Source of the DNA: Myxococcota bacterium
Lineage (GTDB): Bacteria > Myxococcota > XYA12-FULL-58-9 > JALHOP01
Reading direction: 5' to 3'
Length of the DNA stretch: 60,824 nucleotides
Assembly (NCBI GenBank): GCA_041288095.1
Contig: JBGGMJ010000047.1
Span: forward strand, 1 to 60,824
In this document: positions 49,701 through 60,824 of the stretch, piece by piece
Numbering within the stretch: position 1 is the first letter of the stretch
Layout: each line of letters starts with the position of its first letter
Program-made: the position numbers and the translations under genes
Notes under the pieces: generated by a model
Database searches by the model: none
The model's input: only the letters and a program-made list of their open reading frames with translations
What the model was told of the DNA's origin: nothing

Positions 49701-50912
49701 ATCGGCGGGCGGCTCCGCCTTCTCGAGTCGATCCAGGACCGAACGAGTCAGATGCTCGCGGCTGCTCTCCGGGATCCGAGCAGCGATGGCGTCGTCGGGC
49801 GAAGGGGTCGCGCCCGGCGTGCCGTCGGGCTCGGTGCCGCCGCGGGCGAACCGGAGGTCAGCGAGCAGCGCATCACGCTGGGCCTGATCGCGAACGTCGA
49901 CCGGCTGTTCGGCGCCGCGGCGAATGACCTCCGCGCGCAAGTTGGCCGCGGCGTCCCGATCGGCGTCGGTGCCTTGCGGCGAAAGCGCACGCTCGCGGAT
50001 GGCCGCGTTCAGACCGGTAAGCGCGTTCGCGGGCAAACCCGCGGCATGCTCGCCGCCATTGCCCTCGAGACGGCCAATGGAGCGTGCCATGTCGAGGTGC
50101 TGACCGGGCGTGAGCCGGCCCGGCTCGTTGGCACGCGGAGCGATGCGGTTGTAGAGCTCGGTGCCGTCGGCGTTGTCGAGGCTGGTGAGCAGTGTCGCGG
50201 CGAAGCGGCCTCGCGACTCGGCGGGATGGGTGCCCACCTCCGTGGCCAAGGCGTCGAGAGTGCGGGGGCGCGCATCGGCCGGCAACGCGCGTACGCGATC
50301 GCGGAGCGCCGCCGCTTCCGGTTGGTCGGAGCCGATGGGAGAGTGCTCGATCTGGCCAAGCTGGCGTGCCGCCGCGATCGCTTCTGGATCGCCGCGAGGC
50401 GTTCCGCGCGGGACGTCTTCGGGGGGCGTTGGGACGGCACCTTGATTCGGCGGAAGGGTGCCGATGGGATTGCGAACGCCGCGCTGTGCATGGACCGTCG
50501 CCATGCGATCGGTCAGATTCGCGGGAACGTCGCCCTGGCTGAGGGCATCGGCCAGCGCTCGTAGGGTGGGGCCCGCTGCTCGGCCCCCGCCGATATCCCG
50601 GCGGTTGCTGACGCGACGGTCCTCGTCGAGCATGTCCTGAACGTCGGTGAGCGCACGTTCGGTATGGCGACCAAAAATGCCGTCGACTTCGAGCCGGGCG
50701 CTGTTGGTGTAGAGATTGATGCCGCGCTGCAGCGCCTCGACGTCGGCACGTTCCGCGGGTCGTCCGCGCGCAAGGCCGCGCGTGATGCGGTCCGCGATTC
50801 CACGCAGCTGCTGCGCTGTCTGCGCGCGAACTTCAGGGCTCTGCAGCTGGACGCGGTGTTCGTCGCTGACTTGCGAAGGCTGCACGGCCGCGCGTCGAGT
50901 AGCGGTCGTCAT
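46701..50912 (-). CDS. Large protein (1403 aa): peptidoglycan-binding domain, helical repeats, C-terminal C39-like cysteine peptidase
   Basis: VEALQRG…VDGIFGRHTERAL; IPHYVQPDGSTCIPTTLRM…GHVVALTGY…NINDPG. Confidence 0.8.
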   Translation of the reverse strand: MTTATRRAAVQPSQVSDEHRVQLQSPEVRAQTAQQLRGIADRITRGLARGRPAERADVEALQRGINLYTNSARLEVDGIFGRHTERALTDVQDMLDEDRRVSNRRDIGGGRAAGPTLRALADALSQGDVPANLTDRMATVHAQRGVRNPIGTLPPNQGAVPTPPEDVPRGTPRGDPEAIAAARQLGQIEHSPIGSDQPEAAALRDRVRALPADARPRTLDALATEVGTHPAESRGRFAATLLTSLDNADGTELYNRIAPRANEPGRLTPGQHLDMARSIGRLEGNGGEHAAGLPANALTGLNAAIRERALSPQGTDADRDAAANLRAEVIRRGAEQPVDVRDQAQRDALLADLRFARGGTEPDGTPGATPSPDDAIAARIPESSREHLTRSVLDRLEKAEPPADAAGAQAYRTQLRSILSQVPESMITDRLGERLREPPAGTRGVVVPGTIVQQSGDRPPERTADAVPTAADLARLRQGGDPAAYQQAVTRIADQVRANVAEDRARIGVANPTLDGMSPEVLGDLDRHLTGTLAATPENAGAAATVRAAAMRARAGESYDLDTDPGRERLARDATFAFGPDRSRSLSTAFMERNPEDPVHSALPDTARAQLQRDLLARLEPVVGRAANPAVAAALGNVAPPEGDLAGRFTRLRTIARGGDVTDAAVTAAQRGFAGARGMTTRPMEGLAAELDRLDQLGGPPGEDRRAAIDRIARTAMQGPLSRRHEITRDLLATMNPADAARLWEGIRPRRADDPPTVAADGEHRYTTEQLAALGMTIGASTPQPGGENRALANLPPAALRDIDASMAAGFANNTDRLTMAAAATIRAATLRAQAREQQALDLRDPQQAGAMAERLRILSTPRADGGYDDRVAAAMHADVRTQLRNAELARLGDAPVPTPSARRQLAAYQAGLRTALAGAGDQIDPVARGHLDTRLGLRPMPADDAARHQLANLDATRAAALTRSLEEWRARGPDGVADAADLAGAITRELSPTENETAAAATERQRRLGLITAAGDTPTVRDIRAGVDTALVARARAYSQTHLPGDGRPDTRPNLADHQHNELSDALLRADLSQADPQTRFAALHLRMERLQRGKPEDLAANVAFAFNLPHAGGDGRPQPTMSQLLEAAGATANPQVAERVQADARRMIATSLREHARTNADARRILEATRAALPASSPERRLLEGQAAEAPTPRVRPQPDQPVVRDRTGTLSLANLGAAGPDLNIPHYVQPDGSTCIPTTLRMIRARDGHVGRERVGNNEAVRFDGPLLQRVLTQLQTTGIQLGVRSREGPGASIRGSDSGHVVALTGYEFVNAQGRRVANADVQAAVAATGGDWNRLLGALDSRGIRLRLNINDPGINSRSPGARSHLDVNPTTGLISRPRIGDRYVSLGHYTVRYFMLD

Positions 50913-51049
50913 ATCGTAAACTTACCTCGAACTAACCGTGGCGCGCTGGCGGAGGGCGAGCCACGCTTGAACTTACCCGAGTGTAGGTCTGTGTGGATGC
51001 GCGAAAATGCAGGATCTCACATGAAAATTGTTGCTGCACCGCGGCAAGC

Positions 51050-52696
51050 CTAAAACACCTGCTTGCGCTTCGACGAAGACGGAATTCTCAACATTTCCCG
51101 ATACTTCGCGACGGTGCGCCGAGCAATGTCGATGTCCCGGCTCTTGAGCAGCTCGACGATCTGCTGATCGCTGACCGGAGACTTCGGATTCTCGTTGTCG
51201 ATGAGCTGCTTGATGAAGTCGCGCACCGACTCGGAAGCGATGCTCTCGCCACCGACCCGGTTGATTGACGAATTGAAGAAGAACTTGAGCTCGTAGATGC
51301 CCTGGGGCGTGTGCACGTACTTGTTGGAGGTCACGCGCGAGATCGTCGACTCGTGCATGCCGACGTCTTCGGCGACGTCCTTCAAGATGAGTGGCCGTAG
51401 GTGCTGGACTCCTTTGTCGAAGAAGTCGCGCTGGAACTTCAGGATGCTCTCCATCACGCGGTAGATGGTGCGCTGCCGCATGTGGATGCTGCGGATCAGC
51501 CACACGGCGCTGCGCAGCTTCTCTTGGATGAACGACTTGGTCTGACCGCCGCTGCTCTGGAGCGCGTCGCGGTAGTAGTTCGAGATCTTGAGCTTCGGCA
51601 GGCCGTCTTCGTTCAAGACGATCTGATAGTCCTCGCCGACCTTGTGCACGTAGATGTCGGGCGTGATGTACTGCGGCTCCTTGACGCTGAAGATGCGGCC
51701 CGGGCGCGGCTCGAGGTGGCCGATGAGCTTCACCACGTCGCCGACTTCCTGGAGCGAGACCTTGAGGTCCTTGGCGATAGCCGCGTAGTTGCGGCGCTCG
51801 ACATTCTTCAGGTGCTTGTCGATGACTGCGTGCAATAGCGGATGGTCCGCTTTCATCTTCTCTGCTTGGATGAGCAAGCACTCGCGCAGATCGCGCGCCG
51901 CGACGCCGGGCGGATCGAACTCGCGCAGCTCGGAAGCGACGACCTCGACCGCGTCGAGGCTCTGACCGAGCTCCTCGGCGACCGTGGCGATGGCGTCGGC
52001 CGCGAGATAGCCGTCGTCGTTGATCTCCTCGATGAGCATGACCGCGACGATCGCTTCGACCTCGGACATCTCGCTCATCTGCACCTGCCAGCGCAGGTGA
52101 TCGTGCAGCGACTCGGGCGCCGACATGGTGGCTTCGAACGGCGGCAGCTCGTCGGTGTTGCCGGACCCCGCGGTAGCGGGCAGCGCGTAGGTGTTGCTCT
52201 CGAGATACGCTTCCCAATCGATCTCTTTTTCGACCTCGCGGTTCGTCGGCTCGGGCGTGGCGTCGACGGGGCTCGATTCGACGACGCTGCTCGCGTCGAT
52301 GGTGCCGCCTTCGTTGCCGGCGCTCGGCTCGACCGATGTCGATCCGCCACTCGACAAGACTTCGAAGTCGGTATGGTCGTAGTCGGAACCGTTGCCGTCG
52401 TGCGCTTCAGCGGACGGCGCCTCGAGACTGTAGCTCTCGCCGCTCGCCTCGTAGTCGCCTTCGGCCTCGCCGCGTGACTCCGCCGTCTCCGCCGACTCCG
52501 GTTCGCTCGAGCGGTCGAGCTCACTGCGCTCGTGAGCTTCGCCTTCTTCGAGGGTCGGGTTTTCCTCCATCTCCTTCCGGAGGACTTCCGCCATCTCTAG
52601 GTGCGACAGCTGGAGGAGCTTGATCGCTTGTTGCAGCTGGGGGGTCATCACCAGCTGCTGACTCATCTTCTGCTGAAGTCTTAGATCGAGAGCCAT
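51050..52696 (-). CDS. rpoN: RNA polymerase sigma-54 factor
   Basis: QQLVMTPQLQQAIKLLQLS, MHESTISR, RpoN box ARRTVAKYRE. Confidence 0.98.
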   Translation of the reverse strand: MALDLRLQQKMSQQLVMTPQLQQAIKLLQLSHLEMAEVLRKEMEENPTLEEGEAHERSELDRSSEPESAETAESRGEAEGDYEASGESYSLEAPSAEAHDGNGSDYDHTDFEVLSSGGSTSVEPSAGNEGGTIDASSVVESSPVDATPEPTNREVEKEIDWEAYLESNTYALPATAGSGNTDELPPFEATMSAPESLHDHLRWQVQMSEMSEVEAIVAVMLIEEINDDGYLAADAIATVAEELGQSLDAVEVVASELREFDPPGVAARDLRECLLIQAEKMKADHPLLHAVIDKHLKNVERRNYAAIAKDLKVSLQEVGDVVKLIGHLEPRPGRIFSVKEPQYITPDIYVHKVGEDYQIVLNEDGLPKLKISNYYRDALQSSGGQTKSFIQEKLRSAVWLIRSIHMRQRTIYRVMESILKFQRDFFDKGVQHLRPLILKDVAEDVGMHESTISRVTSNKYVHTPQGIYELKFFFNSSINRVGGESIASESVRDFIKQLIDNENPKSPVSDQQIVELLKSRDIDIARRTVAKYREMLRIPSSSKRKQVF

Positions 52697-52867
52697 GCGA
52701 GGGGTCAGGATAGTGCAAGAGTCATGCACAGCCAACCCGAATTTGTGGCATTACTCGAATCTCTAGTTGAGACGCCTACTTAGCAAGGTACTCTCAAGGC
52801 CACGAAAAATGGCACGAAAAAGCGTTCCGGCGACGGTTGGCTTTTATCGCGGTCAGGCGGCGCGACG

Positions 52868-53794
52868 TCAGTAGATCGTCTTGCCCAACGCGCTCTGCGC
52901 CAGCTCGGTCGCGAGGATGGCGGTGATGTTCTGATTGTCGAGGACGGGATTCACCTCGACGAAATCCATGGAGACGATGTTCGCGCGGTCGGCGCAGATC
53001 TCCATCGCCAAGTGCGCTTCGCGATAGGTGATGCCGCCCCAGACCGGCGTGCCGGTGCCGGGCGCGTCTTCGGGATCGACGACGTCGAGATCGAACGAGA
53101 GGTGAATCCCGACGGTGCCGTCCCCGGCGATGCGCACCGCTTCTTCGACGACGTCACGCATGCCGCGCTCGTCGATGTCGCGCATGGTGTAGACGGTGAC
53201 GCCGCTCTTCTTGAGCGTCTTGCGCTCGCCTTCATCGAGGTCGCGCACGCCGATGAGCACCACGTTGCGCGGGTCGATCTTCGGAAAGTGTCCGTTCAAG
53301 CCGACGAGCTCTTTGTCGCCGATGCCGCAGGTCGCCGCGAGCGACATGCCGTGGATGTTGCCCGAGGGGCTGGTCTCGTCGGTGTTGGCGTCGCCGTGCG
53401 CGTCGAACCACAACAGGCCGAGCTTCTCGTTGCGCTTGTGGAAGTAGGTCGCGGAGCCGGCGGCGCTGCCGATGGTGATGCTGTGATCACCGCCCAAGAT
53501 GAGTGGGACGCGCCCTTCGGTGAGCGACTGCTCCACCATCTTGGCGAGCTCGGTGCACGCGGCGAGGATCGGCTTCTTGTACTTGAGGCGCGTGTCCCCG
53601 ACCTCCTGGGTCTCCGGGATCATCACGTCGACATCGCCGTAGTCGACGACGTTATGGCCGAGCTGTTCGAGACGCGCCTCGAGACCGGCGACGCGAATGG
53701 CTGACGGCCCCATATCCACGCCACGACGACTGGCACCCAGATCGATGGGGATGCCAATGACGGCAATCCGCTTATTTTTGCTCGCAGCTGGCAT
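52868..53794 (-). CDS. rocF: Arginase
   Basis: GVDMGP, LGGDHS, DAHGD, SPSGNIHGM, SFDLD, APGTGTPV, VEVNP. Confidence 0.95.
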   Translation of the reverse strand: MPAASKNKRIAVIGIPIDLGASRRGVDMGPSAIRVAGLEARLEQLGHNVVDYGDVDVMIPETQEVGDTRLKYKKPILAACTELAKMVEQSLTEGRVPLILGGDHSITIGSAAGSATYFHKRNEKLGLLWFDAHGDANTDETSPSGNIHGMSLAATCGIGDKELVGLNGHFPKIDPRNVVLIGVRDLDEGERKTLKKSGVTVYTMRDIDERGMRDVVEEAVRIAGDGTVGIHLSFDLDVVDPEDAPGTGTPVWGGITYREAHLAMEICADRANIVSMDFVEVNPVLDNQNITAILATELAQSALGKTIY

Positions 53795-53861
53795 GGCGCG
53801 CTCCGTAGCACCCAGCTTGGTTGCCGTCTAGGAGCCTGCTAGTGACCAGCCCCAAGGAGGA

Positions 53862-54404
53862 ATGACCATGTACCGCTTGCTAGCTCTTTCCATCGTTGCG
53901 CTTTCCACCACCGCTTTCGCCGGGGAAATGCCACCAAAGGCCGCACCGAATTCCATGCTCGAGGCCGCCTTCAAGGACGCCGCCGGCACCTGGACCTGCA
54001 CCGGCACGTGGAACGATCCGGCGTCTGGCAAGTCGATGACGATGACCAGCAAAGCCAAGATCGCCAAGGCCCTGAATGGCCACCAGTACACCGCCGAGTT
54101 CAGCTCGCCGAAGACCGGCGACATGCCGGCCATGAAGTCGAACGCCGAGTGGCACTACGACCCCATCAGCAAGGGTCTGGTCGGCAACATGGTTTGCGAT
54201 AGCGGAGACGTATCGCGCTCGACCTCGAACGGCGTGCAAGGCCAGACCATCATCTGGGTGAGCGAAGGCACCATGATGGGCAACCCCATGAAGATGCGCG
54301 CGACGCACACCACGAAGAGTGCCAAGGAGATGACGATGGTCTACGAGGTCGAGGCCAACGGCAACTGGGCCAAGATGGGCGACGAGACCTGTAAAAAGAA
54401 CTAG
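53862..54404 (+). CDS. Secreted beta-barrel protein (DUF1579-like)
   Basis: AAGGAGG RBS; signal peptide; GTWTCTGTW and alternating beta strands. Confidence 0.7.
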   Translation: MTMYRLLALSIVALSTTAFAGEMPPKAAPNSMLEAAFKDAAGTWTCTGTWNDPASGKSMTMTSKAKIAKALNGHQYTAEFSSPKTGDMPAMKSNAEWHYDPISKGLVGNMVCDSGDVSRSTSNGVQGQTIIWVSEGTMMGNPMKMRATHTTKSAKEMTMVYEVEANGNWAKMGDETCKKN

Positions 54405-55126
54405 AGCTCGAAGTCTTTTCCCAGATACGACGCGCGGGCGATCGGGTTGTCGACGATCTCCCGCGGCGTCCCACCCAGCAGAATCGCGCCTTCGCTGATG
54501 ATGTAAGCCCGGTCGCAGATCTTCAGGGTCTCCCGAACGTTGTGGTCGGTGATCAAGACGCCAATCCCGTCGCCCCGCATCTGGGTGATGAACGCCTTGA
54601 TGTCGCCGACGGCGATCGGGTCGACTCCGGCGAACGGCTCGTCGAGCAGCACGACCTTCGGCGAGTGAATCAACGTTCGCGCCATCTCCAGCCGGCGTCG
54701 CTCGCCACCAGAGAGCTGCGAGCCGAGGTTGTCGCGCACGTGCTGCAAGGCATACTTGGCGATGATCTCGTCCGCTTTAGCGACACAAGCGGCTTTCGTC
54801 ATGCCGCGTGTCTCGAGCACCGCCAACAGGTTTTCGTGCACCGTGAGGCCGCGGAAGACGGTGGGCTCCTGCGCGAGATAGCCTAGGCCCATGCGGGCGC
54901 GGGCGTAGAGGGGCAGGCGCGCGAGATCGTCCTCGCCCAAGCGGATGCTGCCCGAGTCCGGCCGCGTGAGGCCCGCCACCATGTTGAACGACGTCGACTT
55001 GCCGGCGCCGTTGGGACCCAGGAGGCCGACGATCTCACCGGCACGCACGTCGAACGACACGTCGCGCACGACCCTACGTCGGCGAAACGCCTTGTTGAGA
55101 TTCGTCGCGGTGAGGAGCGGCTGCAC
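54401..55126 (-). CDS. lptB: LPS export ABC transporter ATP-binding protein
   Basis: GPNGAGKS, LSGGERRRLE, LDEPFAGVDPI, ITDHNVRETL, YLGKDF. Confidence 0.97.
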   Translation of the reverse strand: MQPLLTATNLNKAFRRRRVVRDVSFDVRAGEIVGLLGPNGAGKSTSFNMVAGLTRPDSGSIRLGEDDLARLPLYARARMGLGYLAQEPTVFRGLTVHENLLAVLETRGMTKAACVAKADEIIAKYALQHVRDNLGSQLSGGERRRLEMARTLIHSPKVVLLDEPFAGVDPIAVGDIKAFITQMRGDGIGVLITDHNVRETLKICDRAYIISEGAILLGGTPREIVDNPIARASYLGKDFEL

Positions 55127-55128
55127 GG

Positions 55129-55689
55129 CTACTTCCCAGTGGGCTTTGCCGGCGGCTCGCGCGCCGGCACGATGCGCGGGACGGGGCAGGTCGCCGGGAG
55201 TTGCTTCTCGTCGACCTGCGGCGTGAGTGGCTTCTTGTCGAGCTTGGTGTCGGCCTGCTCGATGCGGCCGCGCGGTTTCTCGATGTGTGCTTCGTTGGTG
55301 TTGACGTCGACGACGATGCGCTCACCGGCGAGCAGGCTCTGGCCGCGCTGCAATCGCGGACGCCCGGTCAACAACAGGTTCGAGGAGCCGAGCTCGAAGA
55401 CCGCTTCGTCGGACTCGACGAGCTCGTCGGGACGCTGGGCGCGCACGTCGTTTTTGCAAATGAATTTCTGCCACTGCCACTGGTCGTCGGCGATGCCCTC
55501 GAAGTACTCGCAGCACAGCAACACGTCGCGGCGGCGCACCACGACGTTACCTTTGCATTCGACGCGGTTCGGCTTGCTGAAGATCTGCATGCCGTCACAG
55601 CGGTAGTCGATGGGGCCTTGCTGGCCGGGCGCGTTCGCTTTCGCGGCGGGCGGAGCCGCGAGTATCCAGAGAACGAGCGCGAGATTCAT
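55129..55689 (-). CDS. lptA: LptA/OstA family LPS transport periplasmic protein
   Basis: PIDY…GNVVVRR…LTGRPRLQRG…GERIVV; directly upstream of lptB. Confidence 0.8.
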   Translation of the reverse strand: MNLALVLWILAAPPAAKANAPGQQGPIDYRCDGMQIFSKPNRVECKGNVVVRRRDVLLCCEYFEGIADDQWQWQKFICKNDVRAQRPDELVESDEAVFELGSSNLLLTGRPRLQRGQSLLAGERIVVDVNTNEAHIEKPRGRIEQADTKLDKKPLTPQVDEKQLPATCPVPRIVPAREPPAKPTGK

Positions 55690-56591
55690 GGCTGCGTCGT
55701 ATCACCGGACGGTGGTCTTGTCTTCCAGCGCTTGTGCAGCCACACCCATTGCGCGGGGACCCGGCGGATCGCCTTTTCGAGCTGCTCGGTGAGCTGCCCC
55801 GTGAGCTCGGAGGCGTCACGCTCCCCGTCGCCGGACGGCGTGAAGCGGAAGCGCTCGACGTGGACGTCGAAGCCGTCGGGGTAACGATGGGCCCAGCTCA
55901 AGATGATGGGCGCTTCGAAGCGCAAGGCGAGGGCGGCGGCGGCGATCGGCGTGTAGGCTAGCCGACCGAAGAACGGCACGAAGGTGCCTTGGACCTTGGT
56001 GTCCTGGTCGATGAGCAGCCCCAAGATCTCGCCGCGCTTGAAGACCCGCAACATGTCCTTGCCGACCGATGCTTGGCCGCGCCACAGGATCTTGGTGCCG
56101 AACTGGCGGCGCATTCTGTCCACCAAAGCGGTCAGGCGCGGATCGTACAAGGGCTTGGCGATGGCGTTGATGGGCAGGCCGGCACGCGCGTAGGCGTGCG
56201 ACAAGAGCTCCCAGTTGCCGATGTGGCCCCCGACGAGCACCATACCTTTGCCCTCGGAGAGCGCCTCGGCGACCAGCGCCTGCTGTTCCGCCGAGAGCAC
56301 CGGCCCGCCGCCGCTCGCGAAGAGGCGGTCGGCTTTGAGCACCTCCACCGCCGAGACGCCCAGGTGCTCGAACATCTCGTCGGCAATGCGCCGGTGAAAA
56401 CGTGGCTCGAGGGCCGGCAGGGACTCGGCGAGCTGGTTCACGGCGCGGCGTCGCTCACCGACCGCCAAGAGACCCGCGAGCCGGCCCGCCCAAGCGCCCC
56501 ACCAACGCAGGAGCCACAGGGGAAAGCGCCGAGCCACCGCGATAGCGCACACGATGACCCAGTAGATGACGGTGTTTTTCCAGCGCTGCAC
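55686..56591 (-). CDS. Lipid A late acyltransferase (LpxL/HtrB family)
   Basis: GHIGNWE, LIDQD, VPFFG, PAQWVWLHKRWK. Confidence 0.92.
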   Translation of the reverse strand: MQRWKNTVIYWVIVCAIAVARRFPLWLLRWWGAWAGRLAGLLAVGERRRAVNQLAESLPALEPRFHRRIADEMFEHLGVSAVEVLKADRLFASGGGPVLSAEQQALVAEALSEGKGMVLVGGHIGNWELLSHAYARAGLPINAIAKPLYDPRLTALVDRMRRQFGTKILWRGQASVGKDMLRVFKRGEILGLLIDQDTKVQGTFVPFFGRLAYTPIAAAALALRFEAPIILSWAHRYPDGFDVHVERFRFTPSGDGERDASELTGQLTEQLEKAIRRVPAQWVWLHKRWKTRPPSGDTTQP

Positions 56592-56623
56592 GCGGCCCCA
56601 GCGGGCCGGAAGCTCTACCTTGC

Positions 56624-57441
56624 TCAGCGGCTCACCAGCTTGGCGCTGCGCTCCCAGAGCTCTTTGGCGAGCGCCTGGTCTTGGGCGACGCGAGCCGGCT
56701 CGCGCGGCTTACTGGCGTCGAAGTAAGCGCCGTTGAGCCCCGCTTCCAGCGGCGCGGTGGCGCAGTGCACGCTGGTGCGCGCGCCATCTTCGGTGCTGCT
56801 CATGCTCATGAAGAGCTTCATGCCCCAACGGACGGGCGCGGGAATGTGGCGCCAGATGTCGGAGGCAATGAAGCCCGGGTGCACGCTGACGGCCGTGATC
56901 CCGTGCTCGCCATAGCGGCGCGCCAGCTCACTCGCGAACAACACGTTGCAGAGCTTCGAGTCGCAGTATTCGTCGATGCCGGTGACGCTCTTGGTTGGCC
57001 CCTCGAAGGCGGCGAAATCGAGGGTCTCGGAGCGGCGATGCATTTCGCTCGCCACGCAGACGACGCGCGTCTTGCTGGCTTTCAAGCCTTCGATGAGGCC
57101 CATGGTGAGCGCGAAGTGCCCGAGGTGATTGATGCCGACGTTCATCTCGAAGCCATCGGACGTCTTGCCGCGCACACCACCGACACCGGCGTTGTTGATG
57201 AGCACGTCGATCTGGGGCGCTTTCGCCATGATCTCGGCGGCGGCTTTGCGCGTCGAGGCGAGGTTCGCGAGATCGAGCTCGACGAACTCTACCTCGGCGC
57301 CGCGTGCCTTTGCCGCGTCGATGACCTCTTGTGTCCGCTCCAGCGACCGACCGGCCAAGATCAACTTCGTGCCCGGCGCCGCCAAGCCCTCGGCGGTGGC
57401 GCGACCGATACCAGTGTTGGCTCCGGTGATGACGATGGTGG

Positions 57442-57445
<4 letters not shown>
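56624..57445 (-). CDS. SDR family oxidoreductase (retinol dehydrogenase-like)
   Basis: [29 protein letters not shown]. Confidence 0.93.
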
Positions 57446-60628
<3,183 letters not shown>

Positions 60629-60640
60629 GATCGGGAGGCC

Positions 60641-60669
60641 GGTATAGGGACCTCGCCGCGGGTCGTCAA
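60641..60669 (-). promoter_or_regulatory. sigma70-type promoter for the kdsB-pyrG-kdsA operon
   Basis: TTGACG-N17-TATACC, 12 nt upstream of the kdsB start. Confidence 0.6.
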
Positions 60670-60824
60670 GTCACGGTGGCTGTCTGACATGGTGGCGCAA
60701 GGCGGATCGCCGTTCCCACGCGTACCAGCCATGTTAGAATCCTCTTCCAGAGGCTGGGATATGGTCGTGGTCATACCGCCGGTTGCAGCGCGCGTAGCAG
60801 CCGCTGAAGCACGGCCCATCGTTC

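Noticed and set aside
50913-51049. hpf remnant or sigma28-like promoter before the 1403-aa gene
   Set aside because: Gap too short with no HPF-like ORF; no RCAAC-N14-CGA match
52810-52824. TGGCACGAAAAAGC as a plus-strand sigma54 promoter
   Set aside because: GG-to-GC spacing is 9 rather than 10, and it points away from any gene start

Overview
High-GC bacterial genomic window. The gene content (REC-DUF4388 regulator, extra Hsp70, PEGA-domain Ser/Thr kinase, Cys-rich lipoproteins, HprK plus PTS-Ntr genes next to rpoN) suggests a Myxococcota/deltaproteobacterial genome; this is an inference. The housekeeping frame comprises a stand-alone nuoL-nuoM-nuoN unit, a Crp/Hsp70/response-regulator cluster, tRNA-Lys(CTT), a two-component pair, Slt and ComEC, a Ser/Thr kinase, and a long minus-strand kdsB-pyrG-kdsA-lpxL-lptA-lptB-rpoN-ptsN-hprK-rapZ-EIIA-ptsH-ptsI cluster. 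Three things stand out. (1) Several orphan genes lacking signal peptides share a sigma28-like promoter (C[G/A]CAAC-N14-NYCGAWMA), one also has a near-perfect CRP box, and together they look like a co-regulated effector-type regulon. (2) A 1403-aa protein with a peptidoglycan-binding domain, helical repeats and a C39-like peptidase sits where hpf normally lies, between rpoN and ptsN. (3) A lipoprotein with 13 disintegrin-like repeats is translationally coupled to a vitamin-K-dependent gamma-carboxylase-like (HTTM) membrane protein. No transposase, integrase, CRISPR array or rRNA was seen. All calls come from motif reading by eye; no database searches were run.
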